Positions 52,271 to 61,006 of a stretch of 64,000 bases of DNA are shown piece by piece. Both the position numbers and the translations under genes were made by a program. The stretch lies in assembly GCA_046727655.1 (NCBI GenBank), contig JBKPDB010000043.1:111-64110 (forward strand), in the 5' to 3' direction. How positions within the stretch are numbered: the first letter of the stretch is position 1; every line of letters begins with the position of its first letter. The stretch comes from Actinomycetota bacterium. GTDB lineage: Bacteria; Actinomycetota; Thermoleophilia; Gaiellales; Gaiellaceae. Under the pieces are notes generated by a model, which worked only from the letters and a program-made list of their open reading frames with translations, had not been told where the DNA came from and did not search any database.

Positions 52271-53688
52271 TGGCCCGGCAGTGTCGGAGGAATGTCCTTC
52301 TGTACCTCAGGCGGTAGCTTGTCGCCGCGAGCCCTTGCGTCGGTCCAGGCGCGGTCGAGGAGATCTTCGTAGATCGTCTTGATGCCGGCGGCGGCGTCCT
52401 TGAGGGTGAGCGGCGTCTCGAGGCCGTTGACGACAATCACGTCGCTCGGCGCAAGACCCGGGAAGGTGCGCCGCGCTGCCTGGAAGAAGGGATCCGCGAG
52501 CTCGTGCTTGGCGAACGACGCGTTCTTCGCGATCTGCTGGCGCGTCTTGACCCACGCCAGCAACTCCTTCGACGGTGACCAGACGATGTAGTCCTTCGGG
52601 GTCGGGATGCGGTGTTTGGCCAGCGTCTTGTTCGGGATCGTCTTCAGGAACAGGACGACACGCCAGATGTCGTCCACCGAGAGCCGCTCGCCGAAGTTCT
52701 CCATCCCAGTGCCCGGCCACCCGCGCAGGATGCGGTAGTAGAAGTCACCCGGACCGGTGTCGCCGCCGCAACATTGATCGTCGGCGTCGTCGAACGGAAG
52801 CGGAGTCGGCGACAGGAAAGATTCCGCTGGACCCTTCCCGTTGCCCTGCGGCCCGTGGCAGCCGACGCAGCGCTCGAGAAAGATCTCCTTGCCGCGGAGC
52901 AGGTTCGCCGTCGTCACCGGCAGGGGGTTGGCGGCGAGCCAGTAGCTGCGGTCGATCTGGGCGAGGTTGGGCGCCTCTTCGAGCTGGTTCGGCGGCGGCT
53001 TCACCTCCTTCGGCTTGAGGGGTGGCCTGTGCGCACCCTGGAAGCCCGTGTACGGCGCCGGGAAGCCCTGGACCGTGTTGACGACGTGCTTCGCATAGAG
53101 CTGGCTGGCATACCGCAGCAGGCCTGACTTGCCGCTGCGCTCCTGCGTGAACAGGATGAGGTTGTCGACCTGCTTGTCCGAGAAGAGCGACTTCATCGGC
53201 GGCATCAGCGACAGCGGGTCGATGAACCGTGGGTTGTAGAAGTGCGCCCGGTGCCAGTCGTCGGGGTGCCAGCCTGCATCCTGCGACAGGTCGGGGCCCG
53301 TCCGCTCCGTCCCGAACAGGTTCGGCGACTGGTCGCTGCCGAAGAAGTCACCCGGCTGGGAGACTTTCGGATAGAGGAAGTACAGCGCGTAGCGCACGTC
53401 CTGCGGCCGTGAGTAGCCGGAGTGGCACACGTAGCAGCCGTTGGAGGCGAACAGGTCGCGGCCCTTGACGGCGCTCTTGGAGAGGGGCGCCCAGTCGGCC
53501 GACGCGGGGGGATCGAAGGTGTGGATCGGGAGCCAGACGACCGCGAAGACGACGGCGAAGAATGCCAACAGCCCACCGAGGCCGGCAACGAGCGGCGTCA
53601 TCAGCATCCGCTCGCGCGGGTGCGGAGCCCAGCCGCGCGGAGCTCGCGGCTCGGCCTCGTTCGACTCGAATCGGTCGCCCTCGGCCAT
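52267..53688 (-). CDS. Fused cbb3-type oxidase cytochrome c subunits (CcoO-like N-terminal half plus mono-heme CcoP-like C-terminal half)
   Basis: 473 aa. TM anchor, a first CxxCH (GCYVCHSGY) within GRDLF..NGC..CHS...R.....GPDL...G......H..H..NP......S.MP (CcoO pattern), and a second CxxCH (CVGCHGPQGNGKG) followed later by Met (PGTGMENF). Confidence 0.8.
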   Translation of the reverse strand: MAEGDRFESNEAEPRAPRGWAPHPRERMLMTPLVAGLGGLLAFFAVVFAVVWLPIHTFDPPASADWAPLSKSAVKGRDLFASNGCYVCHSGYSRPQDVRYALYFLYPKVSQPGDFFGSDQSPNLFGTERTGPDLSQDAGWHPDDWHRAHFYNPRFIDPLSLMPPMKSLFSDKQVDNLILFTQERSGKSGLLRYASQLYAKHVVNTVQGFPAPYTGFQGAHRPPLKPKEVKPPPNQLEEAPNLAQIDRSYWLAANPLPVTTANLLRGKEIFLERCVGCHGPQGNGKGPAESFLSPTPLPFDDADDQCCGGDTGPGDFYYRILRGWPGTGMENFGERLSVDDIWRVVLFLKTIPNKTLAKHRIPTPKDYIVWSPSKELLAWVKTRQQIAKNASFAKHELADPFFQAARRTFPGLAPSDVIVVNGLETPLTLKDAAAGIKTIYEDLLDRAWTDARARGDKLPPEVQKDIPPTLPGH

Positions 53689-53691
53689 CGG

Positions 53692-55203
53692 CTAGCTCAC
53701 AGGCAGAGGCGGCGAGGCGGCCTCGGCGAACCGCAGCGTCTCCAGCCGTCTCCGTTCCTGCGTGTTCGACCAGATCGTCATGCCGACGTTGATCATCTGC
53801 ACGATCCCCGAAGCGATGATCATCACGCCGAAGATTCCGCGCGCGATGAAGTACGCATGGAGCTGCGGCAGCACGTTCACCTCGGGGATCCCCTGAGCCC
53901 AGCTGAAGCCCTGCTGGAAGCCGGCGAGGGTGAGCACGCTGAAGAAGCCCGTGAAGCCGATCGTGACTAGCCAGTACTGCCATTCGGTCAGACTGCGACT
54001 CCATAACGGACGTGCGTAGACCTGCGCGACGATGTAGTCGATCACGCCCATGCCGAGGATCGTGAAGGCGCCGAGTAACGCGAGGTGCGCATGAGCGACG
54101 ACGAAGTTCGTGAAGTGGGTGAGCCGGTTGAACGGCTGCAGCGCCTGGAAAGCTCCCTGAATGTTGACGAGCCAGTAGAAGAAGAACGCCGTCAGCGTGA
54201 AGCGAAGGGGTAAGTTCGTGAAGAACTTGTCCCAGTTGCCCTTCATCGTGCCGAGGATGTTGATCGTGAAGGCGAAGACGGGGACGAGCAGCATCCAGGA
54301 AGACGTCGTGGCGATGGTCTTGAGCCAGGCCGGCGTCGGCGACTGCAGGATGTGATGGTCGCCGACCCCGGTGTAGAAGAAAGCGATGCCCCAGAAACTG
54401 ACGAGCGAGAGGGTGTAGCCGTAGAGCGGCGTGTTCGTGACGCGCGGAACCATGTAGAGCGTCAGCGCGACCAGCATCGGCGTCAACCAGAGACCGAACA
54501 GGTTGTGCGCGTACCACCAGTTCAGCATCGCGTCCGCGAGACTGTTCGAGAGGGTGCCCGAGGGCGCGCCCCAGATATGGCCGGGCCTCCAAAGGACGTT
54601 GCCGATCGCGTAGTCGACCGCGAGCCACAACGGACTCGCGAGGAACCACCAGACCGTGACGTAAATCGGCCTGATCGTCCGAATCTGGACGGTGGCGATG
54701 ATGTTGACGATGTTGAGGCACCAGATCACGAGCAAAGCGATGTCGAGCGGCCAGATCAGCTCGCCGTACTCACGACCCTGGCTGTGACCTGTAAGCAACC
54801 CGATCACGCCCAGCAGGTACATGGCGTTCCACGCCCACGCACACCACACGCCCAGCCGCTCGCTCCACATCCCGCGTGTGCCGCACAGCCGCGGGAGCAT
54901 GTAGAAGAGCGCGCCGAAGTACATCATCGTCAGCCAGGCGAGGATCACGCCGTTGACATGGCCCTGACGGACGCGTGAGAAGGCGAGCCACGAGATGCCG
55001 CCGAAGGCATCCGGGCTGATGAACTCGGTCGAGAGCACGCCGCCGAAGAGGTCGACGACGGTCAGCCAGATGATCGACGAGAGCAGCCAGTGACGAGCCG
55101 CACGATCCCGGTACGGGAGCGCGCGTGGAGCCTTGAGCGGAATCGCAGCAGGAGCAGGCGGCTCGAGGACCGCCGCGCTTGGCTCCCGAGTTCGCTCGGC
55201 CAT
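53692..55203 (-). CDS. ccoN: cbb3-type cytochrome c oxidase subunit I (CcoN)
   Basis: 503 aa, 12 TM, with all six canonical His: RQGHVNG, NWWYAHNLFG, GVGDHHIL (Tyr six residues before the HH pair), VVAHAHLALLG. Confidence 0.88.
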   Translation of the reverse strand: MAERTREPSAAVLEPPAPAAIPLKAPRALPYRDRAARHWLLSSIIWLTVVDLFGGVLSTEFISPDAFGGISWLAFSRVRQGHVNGVILAWLTMMYFGALFYMLPRLCGTRGMWSERLGVWCAWAWNAMYLLGVIGLLTGHSQGREYGELIWPLDIALLVIWCLNIVNIIATVQIRTIRPIYVTVWWFLASPLWLAVDYAIGNVLWRPGHIWGAPSGTLSNSLADAMLNWWYAHNLFGLWLTPMLVALTLYMVPRVTNTPLYGYTLSLVSFWGIAFFYTGVGDHHILQSPTPAWLKTIATTSSWMLLVPVFAFTINILGTMKGNWDKFFTNLPLRFTLTAFFFYWLVNIQGAFQALQPFNRLTHFTNFVVAHAHLALLGAFTILGMGVIDYIVAQVYARPLWSRSLTEWQYWLVTIGFTGFFSVLTLAGFQQGFSWAQGIPEVNVLPQLHAYFIARGIFGVMIIASGIVQMINVGMTIWSNTQERRRLETLRFAEAASPPLPVS

Positions 55204-55279
55204 AGCCGGCGCCGACCATAAACGCGGCGTAGGCTCGGGCCCGCGCAGATGACCGAACTGTCATCCGCAGGTCATATTC

Positions 55280-55981
55280 ATGTCATCTCAACTGCGTTAT
55301 GGTCGGTCTGCGGTCATGCGGATCATGGTGATCGAGGACGAGCCTCGCATCCTCGGGTTCCTCGTCCGAGGGCTCGAGGCCGAAGGCTTTTCGGTGGAGG
55401 CTGCACGCAACGGTTCCGAAGGACTGAAGCGCGCCCGCCGCGGTGCGTACGACCTCGTTCTCCTCGATCTTCTGCTTCCCGGCCAGGACGGACTGAGCGT
55501 CCTACACGAGCTCAATCGCGCACGCCCGGAGCTGCCTGTCGTCATCGTGTCGGCACGTTCCGACCTCGCGACGAAGCTGCGCGGATTCGGCCTCGGCGCT
55601 GCCGACTACCTCAGCAAGCCCTTCTCGTTCGATGAGCTGATCGCACGCGTTCGCGTGCAGCTCCGGAGGGCGCGAACGGGCGAAGAAGGCCATGTTCTAC
55701 GCTCGGGAACGCTCGTCCTCGACCTCGCGCGACGCGAGGCGCGGATCGGGTCGGTTACGGCCCATCTGTCGGACCGCGAATTTCGCGTCCTTCATCACTT
55801 GCTCGAGCATCCCGGCGAGGTCATCAGTCGCGAGCGGCTCCTGTCCGAGGTGTGGGGATACCACTTCGATCCAGGTTCGAACGTCGTCGACGTCTGCATC
55901 CGCCGGCTGCGGAAGAAGCTCGGCACCGACGCCCCGATCGAGACGGTTCGACATGCGGGTTATCGGCTTACTGCAGCGTAG
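55280..55981 (+). CDS. OmpR/PhoB-family response regulator (canonical)
   Basis: MRIMVIEDEPRIL...DLVLLDLLLPGQDG...SARSD...ADYLSKPF plus the winged helix. The likely true start is the internal ATG 55316 (MRIMVIEDE). Confidence 0.9.
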   Translation: MSSQLRYGRSAVMRIMVIEDEPRILGFLVRGLEAEGFSVEAARNGSEGLKRARRGAYDLVLLDLLLPGQDGLSVLHELNRARPELPVVIVSARSDLATKLRGFGLGAADYLSKPFSFDELIARVRVQLRRARTGEEGHVLRSGTLVLDLARREARIGSVTAHLSDREFRVLHHLLEHPGEVISRERLLSEVWGYHFDPGSNVVDVCIRRLRKKLGTDAPIETVRHAGYRLTAA

Positions 55982-57023
55982 ATCCGTCGAGGTCGCGTGG
56001 GCGGCGTTCGCGGTCGCGAACCTCGTCGCGATGCGGGTGTGGCCAGGGTGGGAGACAATTCCGTTCCACTTCATCTGGATCAGCCTCACGCTTGTCTACG
56101 GCTTTCGCGTCTGGCGATCCGCGGCGACGTACCTGACGCTGTTGGCGGTTGTCGCTTCGACCGGCGCACTCATCCTCGACGACACCTTTTCCGGTGAACA
56201 GCTTTGGGGCGAGCTGTTCGAGGTGCCGCTCATGTCGGCGATGTTCCTGGCCATGGTCTGGCACGCACGGAGGCGTCACGATGCGCTCGGGATCGTGGAA
56301 CGCCAGGCCACGCAGCGAGCCTCGCTCCTGGAACGGCAGGAACGCTTCCTGCACGACGCCTCACACGAGTTGCGTACCCCGGTCACGATCGCGCGCGGGC
56401 ACCTCGAGGTGCACCGCAGGATGAACGGGAACGACGCTCCCGAAATCGACGTCGCGCTCGACGAGCTCCATCGCATCGAACAAATCCTCGAGCGCCTGCT
56501 CCTCCTCGCCAAGGCCGATCAGCCCGACTTCGTCGTGTTGGAAGAGATCGACCTCGACCCGTACCTGGAAGACGTGTTCATGCGCTGGTCCGAGGTTGCG
56601 CCGCGAGCCTGGAAGCTCGGTCATCTGGCTCCGGGACGGCTAGCAGTCGATCCGGAGGGTCTCCGGTGTGCGCTCGACGCGCTGTTCGAGAACGCTGTGA
56701 AGTTCACCGATGACGGCGACACAATCGAGCTGCGGGCGCGCGCCGTGGGGGGAGACGCGGTGATCGAGGTCGAGGACGGAGGTGACGGAGTTCCAGAGGC
56801 CGCGCTCACGCACATCTTCGATCGCTTCTCCCGTGCAGACGCCGCGCGGACGCGGGTGCACGGGGGCGTGGGCCTCGGCCTCGCGATCGTCGATGCGATC
56901 GCAAAGGCACACGGCGGCCACTGCACGGTCCGCAATCTGAAACACGGCGCGGTCTTCGCGCTGCGCATGCCGAGATTCCGGGCGGCGTCGCTGACCACGC
57001 TCGGACTCTTACGCAACTCTTAG
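55953..57023 (+). CDS. Sensor histidine kinase (membrane, HisKA plus HATPase_c)
   Basis: ATG 55953 overlaps the RR 3' end by 29 nt. 4 TM, H-box FLHDASHELRTPVTIARGH, N-box LFENAVKFT, G-boxes DGGDGVP and GGVGLGLAIVDAI. Confidence 0.85.
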   Translation: MRVIGLLQRRSVEVAWAAFAVANLVAMRVWPGWETIPFHFIWISLTLVYGFRVWRSAATYLTLLAVVASTGALILDDTFSGEQLWGELFEVPLMSAMFLAMVWHARRRHDALGIVERQATQRASLLERQERFLHDASHELRTPVTIARGHLEVHRRMNGNDAPEIDVALDELHRIEQILERLLLLAKADQPDFVVLEEIDLDPYLEDVFMRWSEVAPRAWKLGHLAPGRLAVDPEGLRCALDALFENAVKFTDDGDTIELRARAVGGDAVIEVEDGGDGVPEAALTHIFDRFSRADAARTRVHGGVGLGLAIVDAIAKAHGGHCTVRNLKHGAVFALRMPRFRAASLTTLGLLRNS

Positions 57024-57097
57024 ACCGCAAGGCGCCTTTCTCAGCGCGTTCTTAGAGAGTGTCCATACGTTGGTCGATTGAAGGAGGTGATCGACCT

Positions 57098-57280
57098 ATG
57101 CATCTGTACGGTGACATTCTCGAGAGCTACTTGGTGCGCGACCTGCCGCCTGCAACGCTCGACGCAATCGACGCGCACGTCAGCAACTGCCTCTTCTGCG
57201 CGCACACTCTTGCCGATCAGACGGCTAACTCGACCGACTGGGAAAGGCGGGGTTTGCTCGGCCGTCTCGTACGCGTCTAG
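57098..57280 (+). CDS. Small zf-HC2 (anti-sigma ZAS-like) protein
   Basis: ATG 57098 preceded by AAGGAGG with a 9-nt spacer. 60 aa with H-x3-C-x2-C (HVSNCLFC). No TM and no adjacent sigma factor. Confidence 0.5.
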   Translation: MHLYGDILESYLVRDLPPATLDAIDAHVSNCLFCAHTLADQTANSTDWERRGLLGRLVRV

Positions 57281-57308
57281 GTGCAGGGCCGCCTGAGGCG
57301 AATCCTGG

Positions 57309-57590
57309 CTAGGCGTCCCGCGCCGGCGCGGGACGCCCTCCGGGGATGCGGTACCCGTGGTCGTGGCAGAGCGACCCGGGCGCGTCCTCGGTCAGGGCGT
57401 CGCAGTAGCCCTTCCCGTACGCGGCGCGCATGAAGGCGGCGACGACCTCGAGATTCCATTCGGTGATCTCGCCCGCCTCCCGCCAGAGGTCTGTGAGCCG
57501 GAGGTCGATGTCGAGCTCCAGCAGGTCGATGCGTGACGGCTTCTTCGCCATGGCAGCCAGCGTAGGGAGGGCGTCGGACGGCACGGGCAC
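57309..57590 (-). CDS. Hypothetical protein
   Basis: 93 aa ORF (possibly starting at MAKKPSRIDLL, 57552). No domain recognised. Coding character is moderate. Confidence 0.3.
   Translation of the reverse strand: MPVPSDALPTLAAMAKKPSRIDLLELDIDLRLTDLWREAGEITEWNLEVVAAFMRAAYGKGYCDALTEDAPGSLCHDHGYRIPGGRPAPARDA
57312..57337. terminator. Perfect 26-nt palindrome GGCGTCCCGCGCC|GGCGCGGGACGCC between/within convergent 3' ends
   Basis: Read directly. It lies 32 nt after the stop of 57098..57280 and inside the last codons of 57309..57590. Candidate bidirectional terminator hairpin with no U-tract. Confidence 0.45.
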
Positions 57591-57614
57591 CGGTTGCTCC
57601 CCGGCGACGGCGTG

Positions 57615-58976
57615 TTAATGCGAGGCGGCGCGGAGGAGGACCGTGCGCGACGCCTTGTTCTCGTGCCCGAACATGTCGGACGCTGTCGCGGTTGCGCGAG
57701 CTGCAAGGGCCCCTGTCCGACGTAGCGCTTTCAGGGCCGCTTCCCTCAACTTGACGTTCACTGCTGTGGTTCCTCCCGCTCGAAGCGAAAGCGACCCCGC
57801 CCCCAGCGCCTGCCTGCCCTCAGCGAGCGACACGTCGCCCCTGCAGAATCCGGCGGTCTCCTCCGCGCAGGCGACCCTTATTCGGACGCGGCCGTTCCGG
57901 CCGACCCGGGCACGCCGCGTCGGAATCGACAGCCCCGGCCCTTTCGTCGCCCGGGGATCGTCGTAGAACATGCCGTGGACGGATCCACCGCCCGGATAAG
58001 GCCACGTCGCAACGATCGTGTTCGTCCGATGGTCGATGACTCCGACCCCACCGGGATCATCGAGCGAGACGAACGTGTACCGGCCGTTCGCACTGAGCCA
58101 GTTGTGCCCTGCGAGCCGCACCCCGGTGAACACGATCTTCTTTACGGCGAAGGTGTGAAGGTCGACGACGTCCACCTCTGCAGGGGTAGCGCGCAGGGCA
58201 ACGACGAGGAAGCTCTCGTCGGGGGCGATCTGGACCGTGTCCGGTTGGTCGCCGACCGGGATCCTGCGCACGACCTGTCGCGCGACCAGATCGATGAGGT
58301 CGATCTCATCGAGATTGCGGACCGAGAGAAAGCCGGTTCGCCCGTCCTTCGAGATGTGGAGCTCGCTCGGGTTGTCGCCCGTTGGCATCGACCACTCGAT
58401 TGCGCCGGTCCGCGCGTCGAGCGCAGCGAGCCTGTTGCCCACCGAGTTGACCGCGTAAAGCACCTTGCCGTCGGGGCTCGGCGCCGGCGCGTGTGTCCGT
58501 TCTGTCGCCGGTCCCGTTGCCCACTCCGCGACGAGGCTGTCGGTCATCGTGTCGATCACGCCGATCTTGTTCGTCCCGAATTCCGCGACATACACGCGGC
58601 TCCCGTCGGGACTTGCAAACATGTGGTGCGGTCGCGACCCGACATTGATCGTTGCGATGACTTCACGCCGCGGCACCGAAACGACCGAAACGGAGTTCGA
58701 CCCCTCGTTGCCCACGTAGAGCTTGTTCGTTCCGGGGGGAAGCGCTAGCCCCATCGGCGCCTTGCCGACGGAGATCGTCTTGACAACGCTCCCTGAGGCG
58801 CCGTCGAATCCCGTGATCGTGTCCGGGCCACGGCTCGTGGCCCAGGCCGTTCCCTCGGGAAGCTTGGCGCTCCCGTGCACCGCGCCGCCGGCGAGCGGCG
58901 AGAAGGTTGCGCCCACGATGAGGCAGCCGATGGCCCCGAGAAGCACCGTTCGAGACATCCCAACCCTTTCTTGCAC
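57615..58976 (-). CDS. Secreted YVTN-type beta-propeller repeat protein
   Basis: Signal peptide and repeated ~40-aa units (KLYVGNEGSNSVSVVSV; RVYVAEFGTNKIGVIDT; VLYAVNSVGNRLAALD; ...). C-terminal Ig-like tail. Confidence 0.7.
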   Translation of the reverse strand: MQERVGMSRTVLLGAIGCLIVGATFSPLAGGAVHGSAKLPEGTAWATSRGPDTITGFDGASGSVVKTISVGKAPMGLALPPGTNKLYVGNEGSNSVSVVSVPRREVIATINVGSRPHHMFASPDGSRVYVAEFGTNKIGVIDTMTDSLVAEWATGPATERTHAPAPSPDGKVLYAVNSVGNRLAALDARTGAIEWSMPTGDNPSELHISKDGRTGFLSVRNLDEIDLIDLVARQVVRRIPVGDQPDTVQIAPDESFLVVALRATPAEVDVVDLHTFAVKKIVFTGVRLAGHNWLSANGRYTFVSLDDPGGVGVIDHRTNTIVATWPYPGGGSVHGMFYDDPRATKGPGLSIPTRRARVGRNGRVRIRVACAEETAGFCRGDVSLAEGRQALGAGSLSLRAGGTTAVNVKLREAALKALRRTGALAARATATASDMFGHENKASRTVLLRAASH

Positions 58977-59021
58977 CCTTGCACAGGTGCGCCGCAGCTA
59001 CAAGACGGAGTCTACGCCTCT

Positions 59022-59834
59022 TTACGGCGGGATCCAATAGGCCACGACCGAATCCCGCTTCCCCTTCACGGTGAGCTCCTCGCGCCTTGCGTCGGGAAAC
59101 GCTCGAGCCACGTCCTCATAGGTCGATGCGTCCACGACGATCTGCCCGTCGCGCGCGCTCGAGGTCAGCCTCGCAGCTGTGTTCGTCACGTCGCCGACCG
59201 CGGCAAAGTCCTTGTACCCGCCGCCGCCCACATTGCCCACGAACTCCTCACCACTGGCGACGCCGATGCCCACTTCGATCGAGCCTGCCGGCGACTCGGT
59301 GTAGCGAACAGCTCGAACGAGGCACCGCGCCGCTTCGACCGCTTTCCGGCGGTAGTTCGGGCCGGCGAGCCCGGGGACGAAGAGCCCCTCGATCTCATCA
59401 CCCGCAATCTGCCCGAGCAAGCCCTCCTGTGCGAGCAACGCGGCAGACGACGTCTCGTAGAAATATCGGACGAGCTTCGTCAAGTCTTCTGGCGCGAGCC
59501 GCTCGCAGATCGCCGTATAGCCGCGGACATCCGCGAACAGAACGGTGACCGGCACGATCGCACCGCCCTCCGGCGCTCGCTCGATGCAGCGCGCGCAGAG
59601 CTGCGGATTCTTCCGAGACGGCGCGTAGCCGACCGTGCCGAACGCGCCGGCATAGCGCCCCTTGAAGGGAGCGTTGCAGAACTTGCACCGCGAAGCGCTC
59701 GGCATGAGGGCGAACAAGCGCCTCCCAGCGCGCTGCGTAAGAGCGAGGGCGCTCTCTCCGCGCAAGATGGCGGCCCAACGCGCGCTCATCTCGCTGATCC
59801 CGTCGGGAAGGGTGCCGACGTCGACAGTGTCCAT
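59022..59834 (-). CDS. Class III adenylate/guanylate cyclase with N-terminal zinc-ribbon-like segment
   Basis: ATG 59834. CKFCNAPF....CARC, then the cyclase core VTVLFADVRGYTAI...GDEIEGLF...VGIGVASGEEFVGNVG...DFAAVGDVTNTAARL. Confidence 0.85.
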   Translation of the reverse strand: MDTVDVGTLPDGISEMSARWAAILRGESALALTQRAGRRLFALMPSASRCKFCNAPFKGRYAGAFGTVGYAPSRKNPQLCARCIERAPEGGAIVPVTVLFADVRGYTAICERLAPEDLTKLVRYFYETSSAALLAQEGLLGQIAGDEIEGLFVPGLAGPNYRRKAVEAARCLVRAVRYTESPAGSIEVGIGVASGEEFVGNVGGGGYKDFAAVGDVTNTAARLTSSARDGQIVVDASTYEDVARAFPDARREELTVKGKRDSVVAYWIPP

Positions 59835-59913
59835 TACCTGAATTCCAGCACCCCTTGCTGTCGTAGCCAAGAGCCACTGTGAAACCGTGGACAAGTAAGG
59901 GACAATCCCTCGC

Positions 59914-60147
59914 GTGTTCGTCGGGATGATGCGCGACCACTGGTGGTGGCCTTGGTGGGTCAGCTCCCTGATCGACGTCGGCGTAGTCATCGCCGCCGTG
60001 ATCGTGTACTGCCTGAGCTCCCGCCGCGCCGTGCGCGCAGTGGCCGCTGTCTTTGCGCTTGCCGCCCTTGTCGCCGCAGTAGCCGCGCCGATTGTCATGA
60101 CCGACAGGGGTAACCACGCGAAAGACGAAACGCCGATGATGCCTTGA
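59914..60147 (+). CDS. Small membrane protein, hypothetical
   Basis: 77 aa, Trp-rich N-terminus (RDHWWWPWWVSSL) and two hydrophobic helices. Only ORF-level evidence. Confidence 0.3.
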   Translation: MFVGMMRDHWWWPWWVSSLIDVGVVIAAVIVYCLSSRRAVRAVAAVFALAALVAAVAAPIVMTDRGNHAKDETPMMP

Positions 60148-60168
60148 GCGGCCCATGGCGCTCTCCGC

Positions 60169-60966
60169 GTGAACAGACGTAGGCGACGAGCCGCACTCGT
60201 CCTGGTCGCGTTCTGCGTGGTCGTCCCCAGTGCGGCTGCGAACGGCGACCCGGCGAGCGATGTGCTGCCGACGCAGAACATCTATCTGCCTTACGAGGCA
60301 CCCTCGGCAGCGGCCGCGAAGACGCTCAAGCGCGCCGTCGAGGCCGCCTATGCGCGCCATTTCCGCGTCAAGGTCGCGGTCATCGCTAACCAGCTCGATC
60401 TCGGCGACGTGCCCTCACTCTGGGGAAAGCCGAACCAGTACGCGAAGTTTCTCGGAACCGAGCTCGACCCCTTTTACGTCGGCCCGCTCCTGATCGTGAT
60501 GCCGGCCGGGTTTGGTGTGTACGACGGCGGCCGATCCGTTGCGGCCGAGGAGCGGATACTCGGGTCGATCGCCGTCAAAGGTGCGGACTCCGACAGCCTG
60601 ACCTCGACCGCGGCCGACGTCGTGACGCGGCTGTTGAAGGCCCGCGCCCTGCGGTCGAAGGACATCAGGTCTCCATTGGCCACCGCCTTCTCCGCAACCG
60701 TCCACCGCGGCAAGACTGCCCGACTCGTGATCGGAGCCAGCGATGACAGTGGATGGAGCAAGATCGTCGCTCGAGTCCTCGCCCGGTCACGCTCGATCGC
60801 GACGCTGAAGACGCCGCTCGTGCGCCTCAGCCCGGCCGAGACAATCGCCCTGCCTTGGGAGGTGCCGCGGACGGTCCGCACCGGGACCCTCCGCCTGTGC
60901 GTCGTCGCCTCGGACGCTGCCGGCAATCGCAGCGCCAAGAACTGCGGCGTCGTGACGGTCGCCTAG
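60169..60966 (+). CDS. Hypothetical secreted protein with C-terminal Ig-like domain
   Basis: Signal peptide (RRRRAALVLVAFCVVVPSAAA). C-terminal beta-rich segment (TARLVIGASDDSGWSKIVARV...TLRLCVVASDAAGNRS). No family recognised. Confidence 0.4.
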   Translation: MNRRRRRAALVLVAFCVVVPSAAANGDPASDVLPTQNIYLPYEAPSAAAAKTLKRAVEAAYARHFRVKVAVIANQLDLGDVPSLWGKPNQYAKFLGTELDPFYVGPLLIVMPAGFGVYDGGRSVAAEERILGSIAVKGADSDSLTSTAADVVTRLLKARALRSKDIRSPLATAFSATVHRGKTARLVIGASDDSGWSKIVARVLARSRSIATLKTPLVRLSPAETIALPWEVPRTVRTGTLRLCVVASDAAGNRSAKNCGVVTVA

Positions 60967-61006
60967 ATCCGCTCCGCCGTCTCGAGGGTCCCGATACCTT
61001 CAAGCA

